Shown here: one piece after another, positions 9,380-17,544 of the stretch
Layout: each line of letters starts with the position of its first letter
How positions within the stretch are numbered: the stretch's first letter is position 1
Assembly (NCBI GenBank): GCA_020721975.1
Contig: DYLR01000002.1
Location: 1 to 41,661, forward strand
Source: Blastopirellula marina
GTDB taxonomy: Bacteria; Planctomycetota; Phycisphaerae; Sedimentisphaerales; UBA12454
DNA: 41,661 bases
Direction: 5' to 3'
Made by a program: the position numbers and the translations under genes
The notes under the pieces: model-generated
Told to the model about the DNA's origin: nothing
Databases searched by the model: none
What the model saw: only the letters and a program-made list of their open reading frames with translations

Positions 9380-9446
9380 AATCCCAAATCCCAAATCCAA
9401 AATCCAAAATCCAAAATCTAAAATCTAAAATCTAAAATCTAAAATC
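9380..9446 (+). repeat. Tandem heptamer array, ~9-10 units of AAATCCC/AAATCCA/AAATCTA
   Basis: Directly visible tandem repeat just downstream of the lysA stop. Confidence 0.9.
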
Positions 9447-9455
9447 GGTCTGGCA

Positions 9456-10736
9456 TTATAAATGTTCAGGCTCTGTCAAATCCTTGTATGTTTCCCGTCT
9501 GCGAATAACACGCCACTTGTCGCTTTCGACAAGCACCTCTGCCGCACGAGGACGGGCATTATAATTGCTTGCCATCGAGAAGCCGTAAGCTCCGGCAGTA
9601 AAAATCGATAACAAATCATTCCGTTTTATCGGCGGCAAGGCGCGGTCCTTTGCGAAGAAATCGGCTGTCTCGCAAATCGGTCCGACAACATCTACGGCCT
9701 GCAGGCCCGCCAGCGGAACTGCAAATTGCCTTTTGTTTATTTCAAATTGTTTTTTGACTTTTGCCGGCCAGATAAAATGAAAAGCCTCATAAAGCGGCGG
9801 CCTGATAAGGTCGTTCATACCCGCGTCAACAATCACAAACTGCTTTTCGCCGCCCTGTTTGGTGTATAAGACTTTGGTAAGCAAAATGCCTGCATTTGCA
9901 ATTATGGCCTTGCCCGGTTCAAAAATGATTTTAAGATTTTTATTTTTCAATAGAGGCACAAGACCTTTTGCATAATCCGCCGCCGACGGTACTGTGCCGG
10001 ACTCGTAATCTGCGCCGTATCCGCCGCCCAGGTCGAGCATTTCAATTTTATGGCCTTTTGCCCGAAGCGCGTCGATTAAAGGCAGAATTTTTTCGACGGC
10101 CTCTGTGTAGGGGTCTGTCGTTTTGCCGCCGCTGCCGAGATGTATATGAATTGCGCACAAATCGACGAATCCGTTATTTGAAAAATCGGCAAAAACCTTT
10201 TGTGCCCGCTCGATATCAACACCGAATTTGGTTTCTTTTTTGCCGGTTGTAATATAGCGGTGCGTTTTTGGGTCAACATCGGGATTGACGCGCAAAGCTG
10301 CTTTTGTCCTGATGTTGCACTGTCCGGCCAGGCGTATTATATTTTGCAGTTCCGCCTCGGATTCAATATTGAAGCAGCCGATGCCGGCTTTTAATGCTGC
10401 GATAATTTCGTCGTCGGTTTTGCCTACGCCGGCATAAACCACTTTTTTCATATCATTAGCAGCCTGCTGAACGCGGTGCAGTTCTCCGCCGGATACTATA
10501 TCGAAGCCGCTGCCGAGTTTAGCCATTATTTTTAGTATGTTGATGTTCCCGCAGGCCTTCACGGAATAGCAAATCGTCGCATCAAGTTCGGCAAAGGCAT
10601 TTTGCATTTTCCGAAGATGATCCGTGAAAGTTGCACGGGAATATATATAAACAGGCGTACCGACTTTGGCGGCAATATCCCCGACCGCAACATTTTCGGC
10701 AAACAGAGTTCCGTTTTTGTATGTAAAATAATCCAT
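9456..10736 (-). CDS. lysA: Diaminopimelate decarboxylase
   Basis: GTPVYIYS, YSVKA, DIVSGGEL, KFG, HIHLGS, DLGGGYG, EPGK, GPICETAD, AGAYGFSMASNYNARPRAAEV. Confidence 0.96.
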   Translation of the reverse strand: MDYFTYKNGTLFAENVAVGDIAAKVGTPVYIYSRATFTDHLRKMQNAFAELDATICYSVKACGNINILKIMAKLGSGFDIVSGGELHRVQQAANDMKKVVYAGVGKTDDEIIAALKAGIGCFNIESEAELQNIIRLAGQCNIRTKAALRVNPDVDPKTHRYITTGKKETKFGVDIERAQKVFADFSNNGFVDLCAIHIHLGSGGKTTDPYTEAVEKILPLIDALRAKGHKIEMLDLGGGYGADYESGTVPSAADYAKGLVPLLKNKNLKIIFEPGKAIIANAGILLTKVLYTKQGGEKQFVIVDAGMNDLIRPPLYEAFHFIWPAKVKKQFEINKRQFAVPLAGLQAVDVVGPICETADFFAKDRALPPIKRNDLLSIFTAGAYGFSMASNYNARPRAAEVLVESDKWRVIRRRETYKDLTEPEHL

Positions 10737-10744
10737 AATTTTTA

Positions 10745-10771
10745 GTTAGCCCCGCGATTTATTCGCGGGGT
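10745..10771 (+). repeat. REP-like palindrome
   Basis: GTTAG-ccccgcgatttattcgcggggt, near-identical to the reverse complement of 22491-22517. Confidence 0.75.
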
Positions 10772-10789
10772 ATTTGTTGACTATGTTAA

Positions 10790-11518
10790 TCATGAAAAAA
10801 TTGCCGAACCGATACGCAGCATTGTAGCTCCTTCCTCGACGGCAATGGTATAGTCCTGACTCATACCCATACTGATATGTCTGAACTCTTTGCCGACGGC
10901 GCCGCTGATGCGTATTTCTTCAAAAAGCTCCCTGGTTCGCATGAAACACGCCCGCACCAAATCTTTGTTCAGCGTAAGCGGAGCCATCGTCATCAGTCCG
11001 ACAAGCGAAAGGTTCGGCATCGTGGCCAGTTGTTCTGCCATGTGAATCGCCGCTCCTACCGGCACGCCGTATTTTTGCGGCTCTTCGGAGCAGTTCACCT
11101 GTAGCAGTATCTGCGGCTTTGGTTCCGTTCTAATGGAAAATTTGTTAATTTCCTCGGCAAGCCGCAGCGTGTCAACCGAATGAATTATCTGTGAAATTTT
11201 CAAAATATGCCTTACCTTATTCCGTTGCAGATGGCCTATCATGTGCCAGGTGATTTTAGTCAATTCGGGCAGTTCGTTCCTGTTCTGCTGCATCCATTCG
11301 GCTATTTCATCAGAAACGGGCTTTAAATTCTGAAGCCTGTTTTCGCCGAGGTCTGTGACGCCCAGACGAATGACCTCTTTGATTGACTCGGTGGTTGCGG
11401 TTTTGGTGACGACTATTATTTTTATATCGGCGGGATTGCGTCCGATGCGCACGGCAGTTTCTGCAATGTCATTTTTGACTTTTTCAAGTCGTTCCGATAT
11501 TTTGTTTGTAAGCTGCAT
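10790..11518 (-). CDS. yggS: YggS/PLPBP pyridoxal-phosphate homeostasis protein
   Basis: IIVVTK, LGENR, WHMIGHLQRNK, GLMTMAP, SMGMSQDY, LRIGSAIF. Confidence 0.95.
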   Translation of the reverse strand: MQLTNKISERLEKVKNDIAETAVRIGRNPADIKIIVVTKTATTESIKEVIRLGVTDLGENRLQNLKPVSDEIAEWMQQNRNELPELTKITWHMIGHLQRNKVRHILKISQIIHSVDTLRLAEEINKFSIRTEPKPQILLQVNCSEEPQKYGVPVGAAIHMAEQLATMPNLSLVGLMTMAPLTLNKDLVRACFMRTRELFEEIRISGAVGKEFRHISMGMSQDYTIAVEEGATMLRIGSAIFS

Positions 11519-11522
11519 ATAA

Positions 11523-12626
11523 TTACGGCAAAAAATGCCTGTTGTTTTTCAATTTTATCGGTAGATATTCATTCACTACAAAATCAAGGCCGTGCTTGGC
11601 AAACGCCTGCTGCTCAACGCGAACGCCCATGCTCAACATCTGGTTGATTGCTTTTTGCCAGTCTTTATGATGTTTTACAAACGGGTCGTTTTTCAGAGCG
11701 TCCCTGGCCCGCTTGATGTCAACATCCTTTAGGGGGTGCGTCGGCAGTTTATAGTCTATTATATCCTGCGGCGTAACGCCAAGAAATTTTGCGACAGGCA
11801 CGCAAAAATACTGATTTAAATGGGCTGCGTTGCCGGAACCCACCTTCAGCGTACGGTAAATATTAAAATAACCGTAAGGGTCGCCGTCAACAAATGCATA
11901 TACCGGCAGTTTCAAATCGTCGCTCAATCTCCTGATAAATCTTCTGCACGCCCTCGTCGGCACGCCGCCCATGCTTATCAGGATACAATTGTTTTTGTCC
12001 CAGTAATCATATTTTACCAGACGCTGAAACATACCTGCCGTTTCGATGGCAAGAATAAATTTCGCATTGCTTTCAAAGCCTAAATTCTCAACTTCAATAG
12101 GTATCGAATATGCGCCGGAGCCGAACTTTGTACAATCGACTTTTAATGTTTTGCCTTTGGCGTCCCTGTCGATAACGATAAGTCTGCCGGCCACATCGCC
12201 GCCTTTTTCCTCAGGGATAAACCTGAGCTGCTCGCGGTTCACCGCAAACATAGCCTCAATATCATCCATAATGGTATCGCTTTCAGGCTGTTCGTCAAAA
12301 CCGGCCTTCCCCCAGTTTTTGGAAATATAATACGCCTCTCGCTTGGTGGCCATATCAGCAGTGTCAATAAGCTCCTTCGATAAGGCCATCATTTTCAGGG
12401 TCTGCGCAAAGGTTTTTACGGTACTTACGGTGAGCGTTCTTTGCTTGTTTTTGCCGAGCATTTCAAAATGCCCAATATTGCCCGTGTATTTGACATTGCT
12501 CAACGCCCGCACAGGCGTAATCATACTGGGCTTTTGACGCTTTAGAATTTTTGTTTGTACATCCCTGGCTGCGTCAATTATCTTCTTTGAAACATTTGAA
12601 ACAGTTGCTTGTCTGCTTTTGGTCAT
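11523..12626 (-). CDS. top6A: DNA topoisomerase VI subunit A (Spo11-like)
   Basis: ATKREAYY (catalytic Tyr region), FDEQPESD, TOPRIM AIE...GVP...DGDPYG, EQQA. Start placed at ATG 12626. Confidence 0.93.
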   Translation of the reverse strand: MTKSRQATVSNVSKKIIDAARDVQTKILKRQKPSMITPVRALSNVKYTGNIGHFEMLGKNKQRTLTVSTVKTFAQTLKMMALSKELIDTADMATKREAYYISKNWGKAGFDEQPESDTIMDDIEAMFAVNREQLRFIPEEKGGDVAGRLIVIDRDAKGKTLKVDCTKFGSGAYSIPIEVENLGFESNAKFILAIETAGMFQRLVKYDYWDKNNCILISMGGVPTRACRRFIRRLSDDLKLPVYAFVDGDPYGYFNIYRTLKVGSGNAAHLNQYFCVPVAKFLGVTPQDIIDYKLPTHPLKDVDIKRARDALKNDPFVKHHKDWQKAINQMLSMGVRVEQQAFAKHGLDFVVNEYLPIKLKNNRHFLP

Positions 12627-12888
12627 CAAAAACTCCGGACAAAATAAGTACATTAAAGGTTTTTACAAAACCAGCCGATGTAGTTTACGGCAAAATATCG
12701 CCATATTCAAGTGAACCTGCCCAACTTAATGCTGATTTAGGGCAAATATTATTTGACATAAGGCCTTTTTTGTGATTTCATACCGCACAAGGGCAGTTTG
12801 ACCTTGACAAAGCTCTTGAAGAAGTATATGATAGTATTTCTGAAATAATGCCCACGAAAAGCTGTCAAACCACAGCTTATCGAACCTC

Positions 12889-12943
12889 GGCGAGGCAGTG
12901 TCAACAGGTGGTTTCCCCCCCAGCCACGTTTGGCTACCTCGCC
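12889..12943 (-). ncRNA. Candidate small structured RNA element (family not identified)
   Basis: Closing stem GGCGAGGUAG/CUGCCUCGCC enclosing hairpins GCCA-aacg-UGGC and GG.GG-GAAA-CC.CC. Confidence 0.3.
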
Positions 12944-13010
12944 ATTTTTTTGTACTTACCAATACACCGGATATAGTGAATCCGCTAAATCCTGCTAATA
13001 GGAGAGATTT

Positions 13011-13421
13011 TTATTGTTCTGTGATTCTTACTATAACACTGCGGCTTCGTGGGCCGTCAAATTCACACAAATATATTCCCTGCCAGGTGCCGAGAATCAG
13101 CCGACCGTCTTTAATCAGTACTGTTTTGCTGCAGCCGACCAGCGAGCTTTTGACGTGTGCGTCGCTGTTGCCTTCGCTGTGCCGGTAGCCTGTTCTGTGG
13201 TGTGGGATAAGCTGTTCGAGCGTTAATAATATATCGTGCGTAACGGAAGGGTCTGCATTTTCGTTAATCGTAACAGCCGCGGTAGTGTGCGGGCAATAGA
13301 TTGTAACAGTGCCTTGTTTTGTATTCGATTTGTTAAGAACCTGCTGCACCTGGTCGGTAATATCAATCATTTCACAGCGTTTGGTTGTATTGATTTTGAT
13401 AATTTCATCAAAGATTTTCAT
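13011..13421 (-). CDS. yjbQ: YjbQ/UPF0047 family protein, second paralogue
   Basis: HTTAAVTINENADP, HSEGNSDAHVKSSL, LGTWQGIYLCEFDGPR. Confidence 0.92.
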   Translation of the reverse strand: MKIFDEIIKINTTKRCEMIDITDQVQQVLNKSNTKQGTVTIYCPHTTAAVTINENADPSVTHDILLTLEQLIPHHRTGYRHSEGNSDAHVKSSLVGCSKTVLIKDGRLILGTWQGIYLCEFDGPRSRSVIVRITEQ

Positions 13422-13911
13422 TTTTCTTTCCTGAAGTTTTTACCTGTTTTAATGCTGCCAATTGTATTAAATCCTGTCTATCCTGTGGCCGATTGAGCGA
13501 TTTTTTAGATTTGATCAGGGCATCAAGACTTAGCACTCGATAGGTTTTGTGGCCGATTTTTATATTTATTGAATTTTCAACGACCTTGTCAAATTTGCCC
13601 AGACCTTCTACTACACCAAGACAATCAAGCTGGCCGATGTCGGTATCGAGATAAAGATTCTTTAATTTTCCAACATTTTGTTCATTTAATACGAGCGCCA
13701 GCCGTTTTGGGGTCATTCTGTGAACAGGGTGAATATCCCGGATTGCCATGAATAATTTCATCAGATTCTCGGATGTGAATTTGCAGCAGATGTCGATATC
13801 CTGCGTTATTCTGGTTGTCCCGTGAAATGTGCCGGCCAGGCCTCCAATGATAACAAATTCCACTCCGGCGTCATGCAGCCGGTCGATAAGATTTAAAAAC
13901 TCATCCTTCAT
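13408..13911 (-). CDS. Polbeta-fold nucleotidyltransferase (DUF6036-like), putative TA component
   Basis: FVIIGGLA..HG..R.T.DID motif; C-terminal RPQDRQDL. Confidence 0.8.
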   Translation of the reverse strand: MKDEFLNLIDRLHDAGVEFVIIGGLAGTFHGTTRITQDIDICCKFTSENLMKLFMAIRDIHPVHRMTPKRLALVLNEQNVGKLKNLYLDTDIGQLDCLGVVEGLGKFDKVVENSINIKIGHKTYRVLSLDALIKSKKSLNRPQDRQDLIQLAALKQVKTSGKKNENL

Positions 13912-14090
13912 TGTTTTACCGCGGCTTTATGAAATTTCCGAAAAGTATTTAATGCTATTTGGTGTCTTCTAATACGCTCTGCCGGAGTGCGTTTGAGATT
14001 ATCGAGAAGCATATAGACATCTACGCCCTCTTTGCGGGCCTTTTTGAGTGCAGGATACTTTGCTATCAGCTTTTCATATTCCGGAATCAT
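13908..14090 (-). CDS. Small protein coupled to the nucleotidyltransferase (putative antitoxin/partner)
   Basis: GVD..ML..NL..TP.ER motif; ATGA overlap with the downstream gene. Confidence 0.65.
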   Translation of the reverse strand: MIPEYEKLIAKYPALKKARKEGVDVYMLLDNLKRTPAERIRRHQIALNTFRKFHKAAVKQ

Positions 14091-14102
14091 AATTGAAATA
14101 TA

Positions 14103-15875
14103 TTACATTTGCTCTACAACATCAATGCCGAGCAGCTCATTCAGGCCGTGTTTGATAGTCTGTGCAGTCAGTTCACAAAGCAGCAGCCGGGTCGGCCGGC
14201 TTGCCGCATCTGCGTCCAACACCGGACAGGCGTTATAAAATCCGCTGAACTTTTGAGCCAGCTCATAAAGATACTGCGTCAGAAAATTCGGGCGATAATC
14301 TCTTGTGGCCGCTTCGACGGCCTCGCCGTAGCGAACAATGTGTTTTGCCAGATCGAGTTCCTCGGCTGTTGTAAAGTTCAGTTTTGCAGCCCGTTTGATT
14401 TCGCCGTCAACGTCAATATTTTTTTCTTCCGCCTTGCGGTGAATAGACTTTACGCGGGCATAAGCATATTGCATATACACAGCGGTATTGCCATCCATTG
14501 CCAGCATTCTGTCAAAGCTGAAAACGTAATCGCTTGTGCGATTGTTCGAGAAATCAGCGTATTTGACCGCGCCTATGCCTACGGCATTAGCAATTTGACG
14601 TTTTTGTTCTTTGTCTAATGCAGGGTTTTTCTGTTCGACGATTTTTCCTGCACGGCTGACGGCCTCGTCGAGCAGTTCCTGCAATTTTACGTTTTCCCCG
14701 CTGCGGGTTTTGAACGGCCTGCCGTCATCGCCCAGCACCGAGCCGAAAGTTACATGGACAAGCTCAATATTTTCATTTACCCACCCGGCTTGTTTTGCCA
14801 CAGCAAAAAGCATCTGGAAATGCAACTGCTGCCTTGCATCGGTAACGTAAATTATTTTGTTTGCGTGCAGTTGGTTTATTCTAAATCGCAATGCTGCCAG
14901 GTCTGTCGTTGCGTATAAATACGCCCCGTCGGACTTTTGAATTATAAACGGCAGGGGCTGTCCTTCTTTTGTTTTGAATCCTTCCGGGAAAATACAAATC
15001 GCGCCGTCGGATTCCTTTGCAAGCCCGGCCTTTTTCAAATCTCCCACAACCCCTGGCAGCATATCTTTATAGAAACTTTCGCCGCGTTCGTTTTCCTTGT
15101 GGAGGTTTACGCCAAGTCGGTTATAAATCGGCTGATAATTTTTTCGAGATTCATCAACAATATGTTTCCATATATTCAAAGTTTCGCTGTTGCCGTCATG
15201 CAGTTTAACAACTTGTTGTCTGCTGAGTTTTTCAAAGGATTCGTCGGCATCACATTTGGCCTTAGCATTTTTATAAAATTGCTCAAGGTCGGATATATGT
15301 ATTGAGTTCTGAATTCTGAGTTCTGAATTCTGAGTTCTGAATTCTAAATTAAGATATGCAACAAGCATTCCGAACTGTGTTCCCCAGTCGCCGATATGAT
15401 TTTGCCGGATTACATTATGTCCTGCGAATTCAAGCATTCTGCAAATGCAGTCGCCGATGATGGTGCTGCGAAGATGGCCGACGTGCATTTCCTTTGCTAT
15501 GTTCGGGCCGGAAAAATCAACGACAACAGTTTTACTTTGCTGTTCTTTGTCAATGCCGAGTCGTTCAGGGTCAGAGTTGATTTGCAGCAGGGCGGCTGAA
15601 ATGTATTCCGGTTTTAGTCGCAGATTTATAAAGCCCGGGCCGGCAATTTCCGGCTTTTCGCATATATCGCTTATATTGAGCTTTTCGACGATTTGCTCGG
15701 CGATTTTGCGGGGATTGCTTTTAAGTTTCTTTGCAAGAACCATTGCGGCGTTGGCCTGATAATCTCCAAACTTTGCATCCGTTGCAACGGTTACCATTGC
15801 CGGAGAATCTTCACCGCTGACAGTCTTTATCGCCTGGCAAATCTGCTGGTCTATTATATCAATTACTGGTTTCAT
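14103..15875 (-). CDS. argS: Arginine--tRNA ligase
   Basis: FGDYQAN, AGPGFIN, DFSGPNIAKEMHVGHLRSTIIGD, NHIGDWGTQFG, FKTRSG, QYAYAR. Confidence 0.97.
   Translation of the reverse strand: MKPVIDIIDQQICQAIKTVSGEDSPAMVTVATDAKFGDYQANAAMVLAKKLKSNPRKIAEQIVEKLNISDICEKPEIAGPGFINLRLKPEYISAALLQINSDPERLGIDKEQQSKTVVVDFSGPNIAKEMHVGHLRSTIIGDCICRMLEFAGHNVIRQNHIGDWGTQFGMLVAYLNLEFRTQNSELRIQNSIHISDLEQFYKNAKAKCDADESFEKLSRQQVVKLHDGNSETLNIWKHIVDESRKNYQPIYNRLGVNLHKENERGESFYKDMLPGVVGDLKKAGLAKESDGAICIFPEGFKTKEGQPLPFIIQKSDGAYLYATTDLAALRFRINQLHANKIIYVTDARQQLHFQMLFAVAKQAGWVNENIELVHVTFGSVLGDDGRPFKTRSGENVKLQELLDEAVSRAGKIVEQKNPALDKEQKRQIANAVGIGAVKYADFSNNRTSDYVFSFDRMLAMDGNTAVYMQYAYARVKSIHRKAEEKNIDVDGEIKRAAKLNFTTAEELDLAKHIVRYGEAVEAATRDYRPNFLTQYLYELAQKFSGFYNACPVLDADAASRPTRLLLCELTAQTIKHGLNELLGIDVVEQM
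15305..15346 (-). repeat. In-frame tandem heptamer repeat inside argS, (CAGAATT CAGAACT)x3
   Basis: Six 7-mers = 42 nt, encoding ...EFRTQNSELRIQNS... Confidence 0.9.
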
Positions 15876-15966
15876 TCTTTGCCGCAGAGATTTTAATTTT
15901 TAGCCACAGAGACCGTAGTACAGAGAAAAGATTTCAATGGCTGCGAACTAACACGAATTTTAAATC

Positions 15967-16170
15967 CTATGCTATTTTTTCCATCTGCTGATAGGTAAGT
16001 TCAGCAATGTTAGCCTTCAATTTTGCATGTTCAATTGTCATACCGACCAGATTTCCATCTTTATCAAGGTCGATATAAATATTTTCATTAATTTCTCTTG
16101 TTTCCGTTATTTTGTTGTTTGAAAACTCAAACAAGGCGGTATCAGTGTCGTGAAAGTATTTTATCTTCAT
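15967..16170 (-). CDS. DUF2283 family protein (putative antitoxin)
   Basis: MKIKYFHDTDTALFEF...IDLDKDGNLVGMTIEHA. Confidence 0.85.
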   Translation of the reverse strand: MKIKYFHDTDTALFEFSNNKITETREINENIYIDLDKDGNLVGMTIEHAKLKANIAELTYQQMEKIA

Positions 16171-16180
16171 ATTTTATCTC

Positions 16181-16417
16181 CTACAATTTGAAGTCTCTGT
16201 CGAAAAACGCATTATGTACTGTTTGGCCGTCTTCTAATAATATGACTCGCAAATATCGTCCGGCTTCCTTGATCATTGCCCATTTTCTTACTCTGCTGTC
16301 GTTTTGGATTTCGACCTTTTCCGGGTGTATTATTGTCTGCTCAATCCATTCATCCTTAATACAGGCTCGGTCTGGCCGCAGCCTCGTGTATTCAAAATAA
16401 GCGGTAACCTTTCGCAT
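16181..16417 (-). CDS. Small DUF4258/RelE-like putative toxin paired with DUF2283
   Basis: EWIEQTI.HP...RYLRVILLEDGQTVHNAFFDRDFK; directly upstream of DUF2283. Confidence 0.7.
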   Translation of the reverse strand: MRKVTAYFEYTRLRPDRACIKDEWIEQTIIHPEKVEIQNDSRVRKWAMIKEAGRYLRVILLEDGQTVHNAFFDRDFKL

Positions 16418-16596
16418 TCAAGTCCCTTTTCTGCAAAGATGTTTCTATTATAACCACAGAGAAGAAATTCTAATGGCTATGAATATAAACAAATAGTCCT
16501 TAAGTCTGCTTTATTTTTTATTTTCGCTGTTTTTAATAAGTTCAGCAATGTTATATCCGTTTATTATCAATCCGACAATGTTGCAATCATCAATCA

Positions 16597-16995
16597 TTAT
16601 TCATCGATTTCGACTTTTTCCGCGTCGCCCCAGAGCAGTTCAAGGTCGTAATATTCGCGGTATTCTGCGTCAAATATATGTATCACAACGTCAACATAGT
16701 CCAGCAGCGCCCAGTGTGCAGTTTCGAGGCCGGCCTTGCCGAAAATATGCTGCTTCTTGGCTTTTGCAAATTTCATAATCTCATCACAGACGGTATGAAT
16801 CTGTCGTTTGCTTGTGCCTGTGGCTATGACAAAGAAGTCTGCCGCGGGGCTTTTGCCCCGCAAATCAAGAATAACAATATCGTTACAATTCTTATCGCGA
16901 GCAATTTTTGCGGCGTCAATCGCAAATTTTTTGCCTTTATCATTGAGTTTTTTCGCTGGTTTTTTAGTTTTCCGTACCGTTTTTGCTTTTGCCAA
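16597..16995 (-). CDS. rsfS: Ribosome silencing factor RsfS (Iojap)
   Basis: DIVILDLR, DFFVIATGTS.RQ, WALLDYVDVVIHIF..E.REYYDLE.LW. TTG start at 16995 after AGGA. Confidence 0.93.
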   Translation of the reverse strand: MAKAKTVRKTKKPAKKLNDKGKKFAIDAAKIARDKNCNDIVILDLRGKSPAADFFVIATGTSKRQIHTVCDEIMKFAKAKKQHIFGKAGLETAHWALLDYVDVVIHIFDAEYREYYDLELLWGDAEKVEIDE

Positions 16996-17010
16996 TTTTG
17001 ATATTCCTGT

Positions 17011-17046
17011 AAAAACAAAGGGGCAGCCATATCTGGCCGCCCCTTT
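17011..17046 (-). terminator. Intrinsic terminator after hicB
   Basis: aaggggcggcca-gata-tggctgcccctt followed by gtttttac on the minus strand. Confidence 0.65.
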
Positions 17047-17088
17047 TATTCTAACCGCAAAAGACCCGCAGGTCAATATTGCTTACTT

Positions 17089-17544
17089 TTAAGCTGTGGT
17101 CTTTATATTTGGATTGGAGAAAATCCGGTTTAATGCGATATTGCGGATAAAATCGGATATTCCCTTAAAGCCCATACTACTTGCGGCATCGGCAAGGAGC
17201 ATTTTTTCCTCGCTTGTTATACGTACATTGATTTGTTCGGTACGTATTCTGCTTGAAGCCGGAACAGGGGGCTTTTGGCCGACTTCGAGCATTGTAGCCA
17301 CAGCGACCGTAAGAGCTTTTTCGATAGCCTTGTAGCATTCATCGGGTGTCTTGCCATCAGCAAAAACTGTTGGCAGTTCCACGCTGTTGGCGACAAAGCC
17401 AAGATTTTCATTCTTATCCATGATTATACGATAAGAACCTGCAATCTTTTGGGCCTTGTGCAAAATATTCTCTGCAAAAGGCGCATTGAGCTTTTTAGTC
17501 GGTTTCGCCGCGTTCTTCGAGGAATGTTTTGAATTTTTCAACAT
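17089..17544 (-). CDS. hicB: HicB-family antitoxin with C-terminal ribbon-helix-helix
   Basis: ELPTVFADGKTPDEC..A...AL...G..PP.P; C-terminal EQINVRITSEEK...ISDFIR. Confidence 0.8.
   Translation of the reverse strand: MLKNSKHSSKNAAKPTKKLNAPFAENILHKAQKIAGSYRIIMDKNENLGFVANSVELPTVFADGKTPDECYKAIEKALTVAVATMLEVGQKPPVPASSRIRTEQINVRITSEEKMLLADAASSMGFKGISDFIRNIALNRIFSNPNIKTTA

Noticed and set aside
9152-9400. 82-aa ORF (…KIRSTKSEIQNKFKIPNQ…FRISIFGFRI)
   Set aside because: It is the translation of the heptamer hairpin element, not a plausible gene
9155-9446. Possible CRISPR array
   Set aside because: Units are 7 bp with no unique spacers, and there are no cas genes in the window
12889-12943. Second tRNA gene
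   Set aside because: Acceptor-like stem and D-like start, but only 55 nt, with no anticodon arm or GTTCRA T-loop inside the stem
13469-13492. aatcctgtctatcctgtggcc as a 9-mer repeat insertion in the nucleotidyltransferase gene
   Set aside because: It encodes RPQDRQDL, which fits the family's normal C-terminal R.KD..D motif, so it may be coincidence
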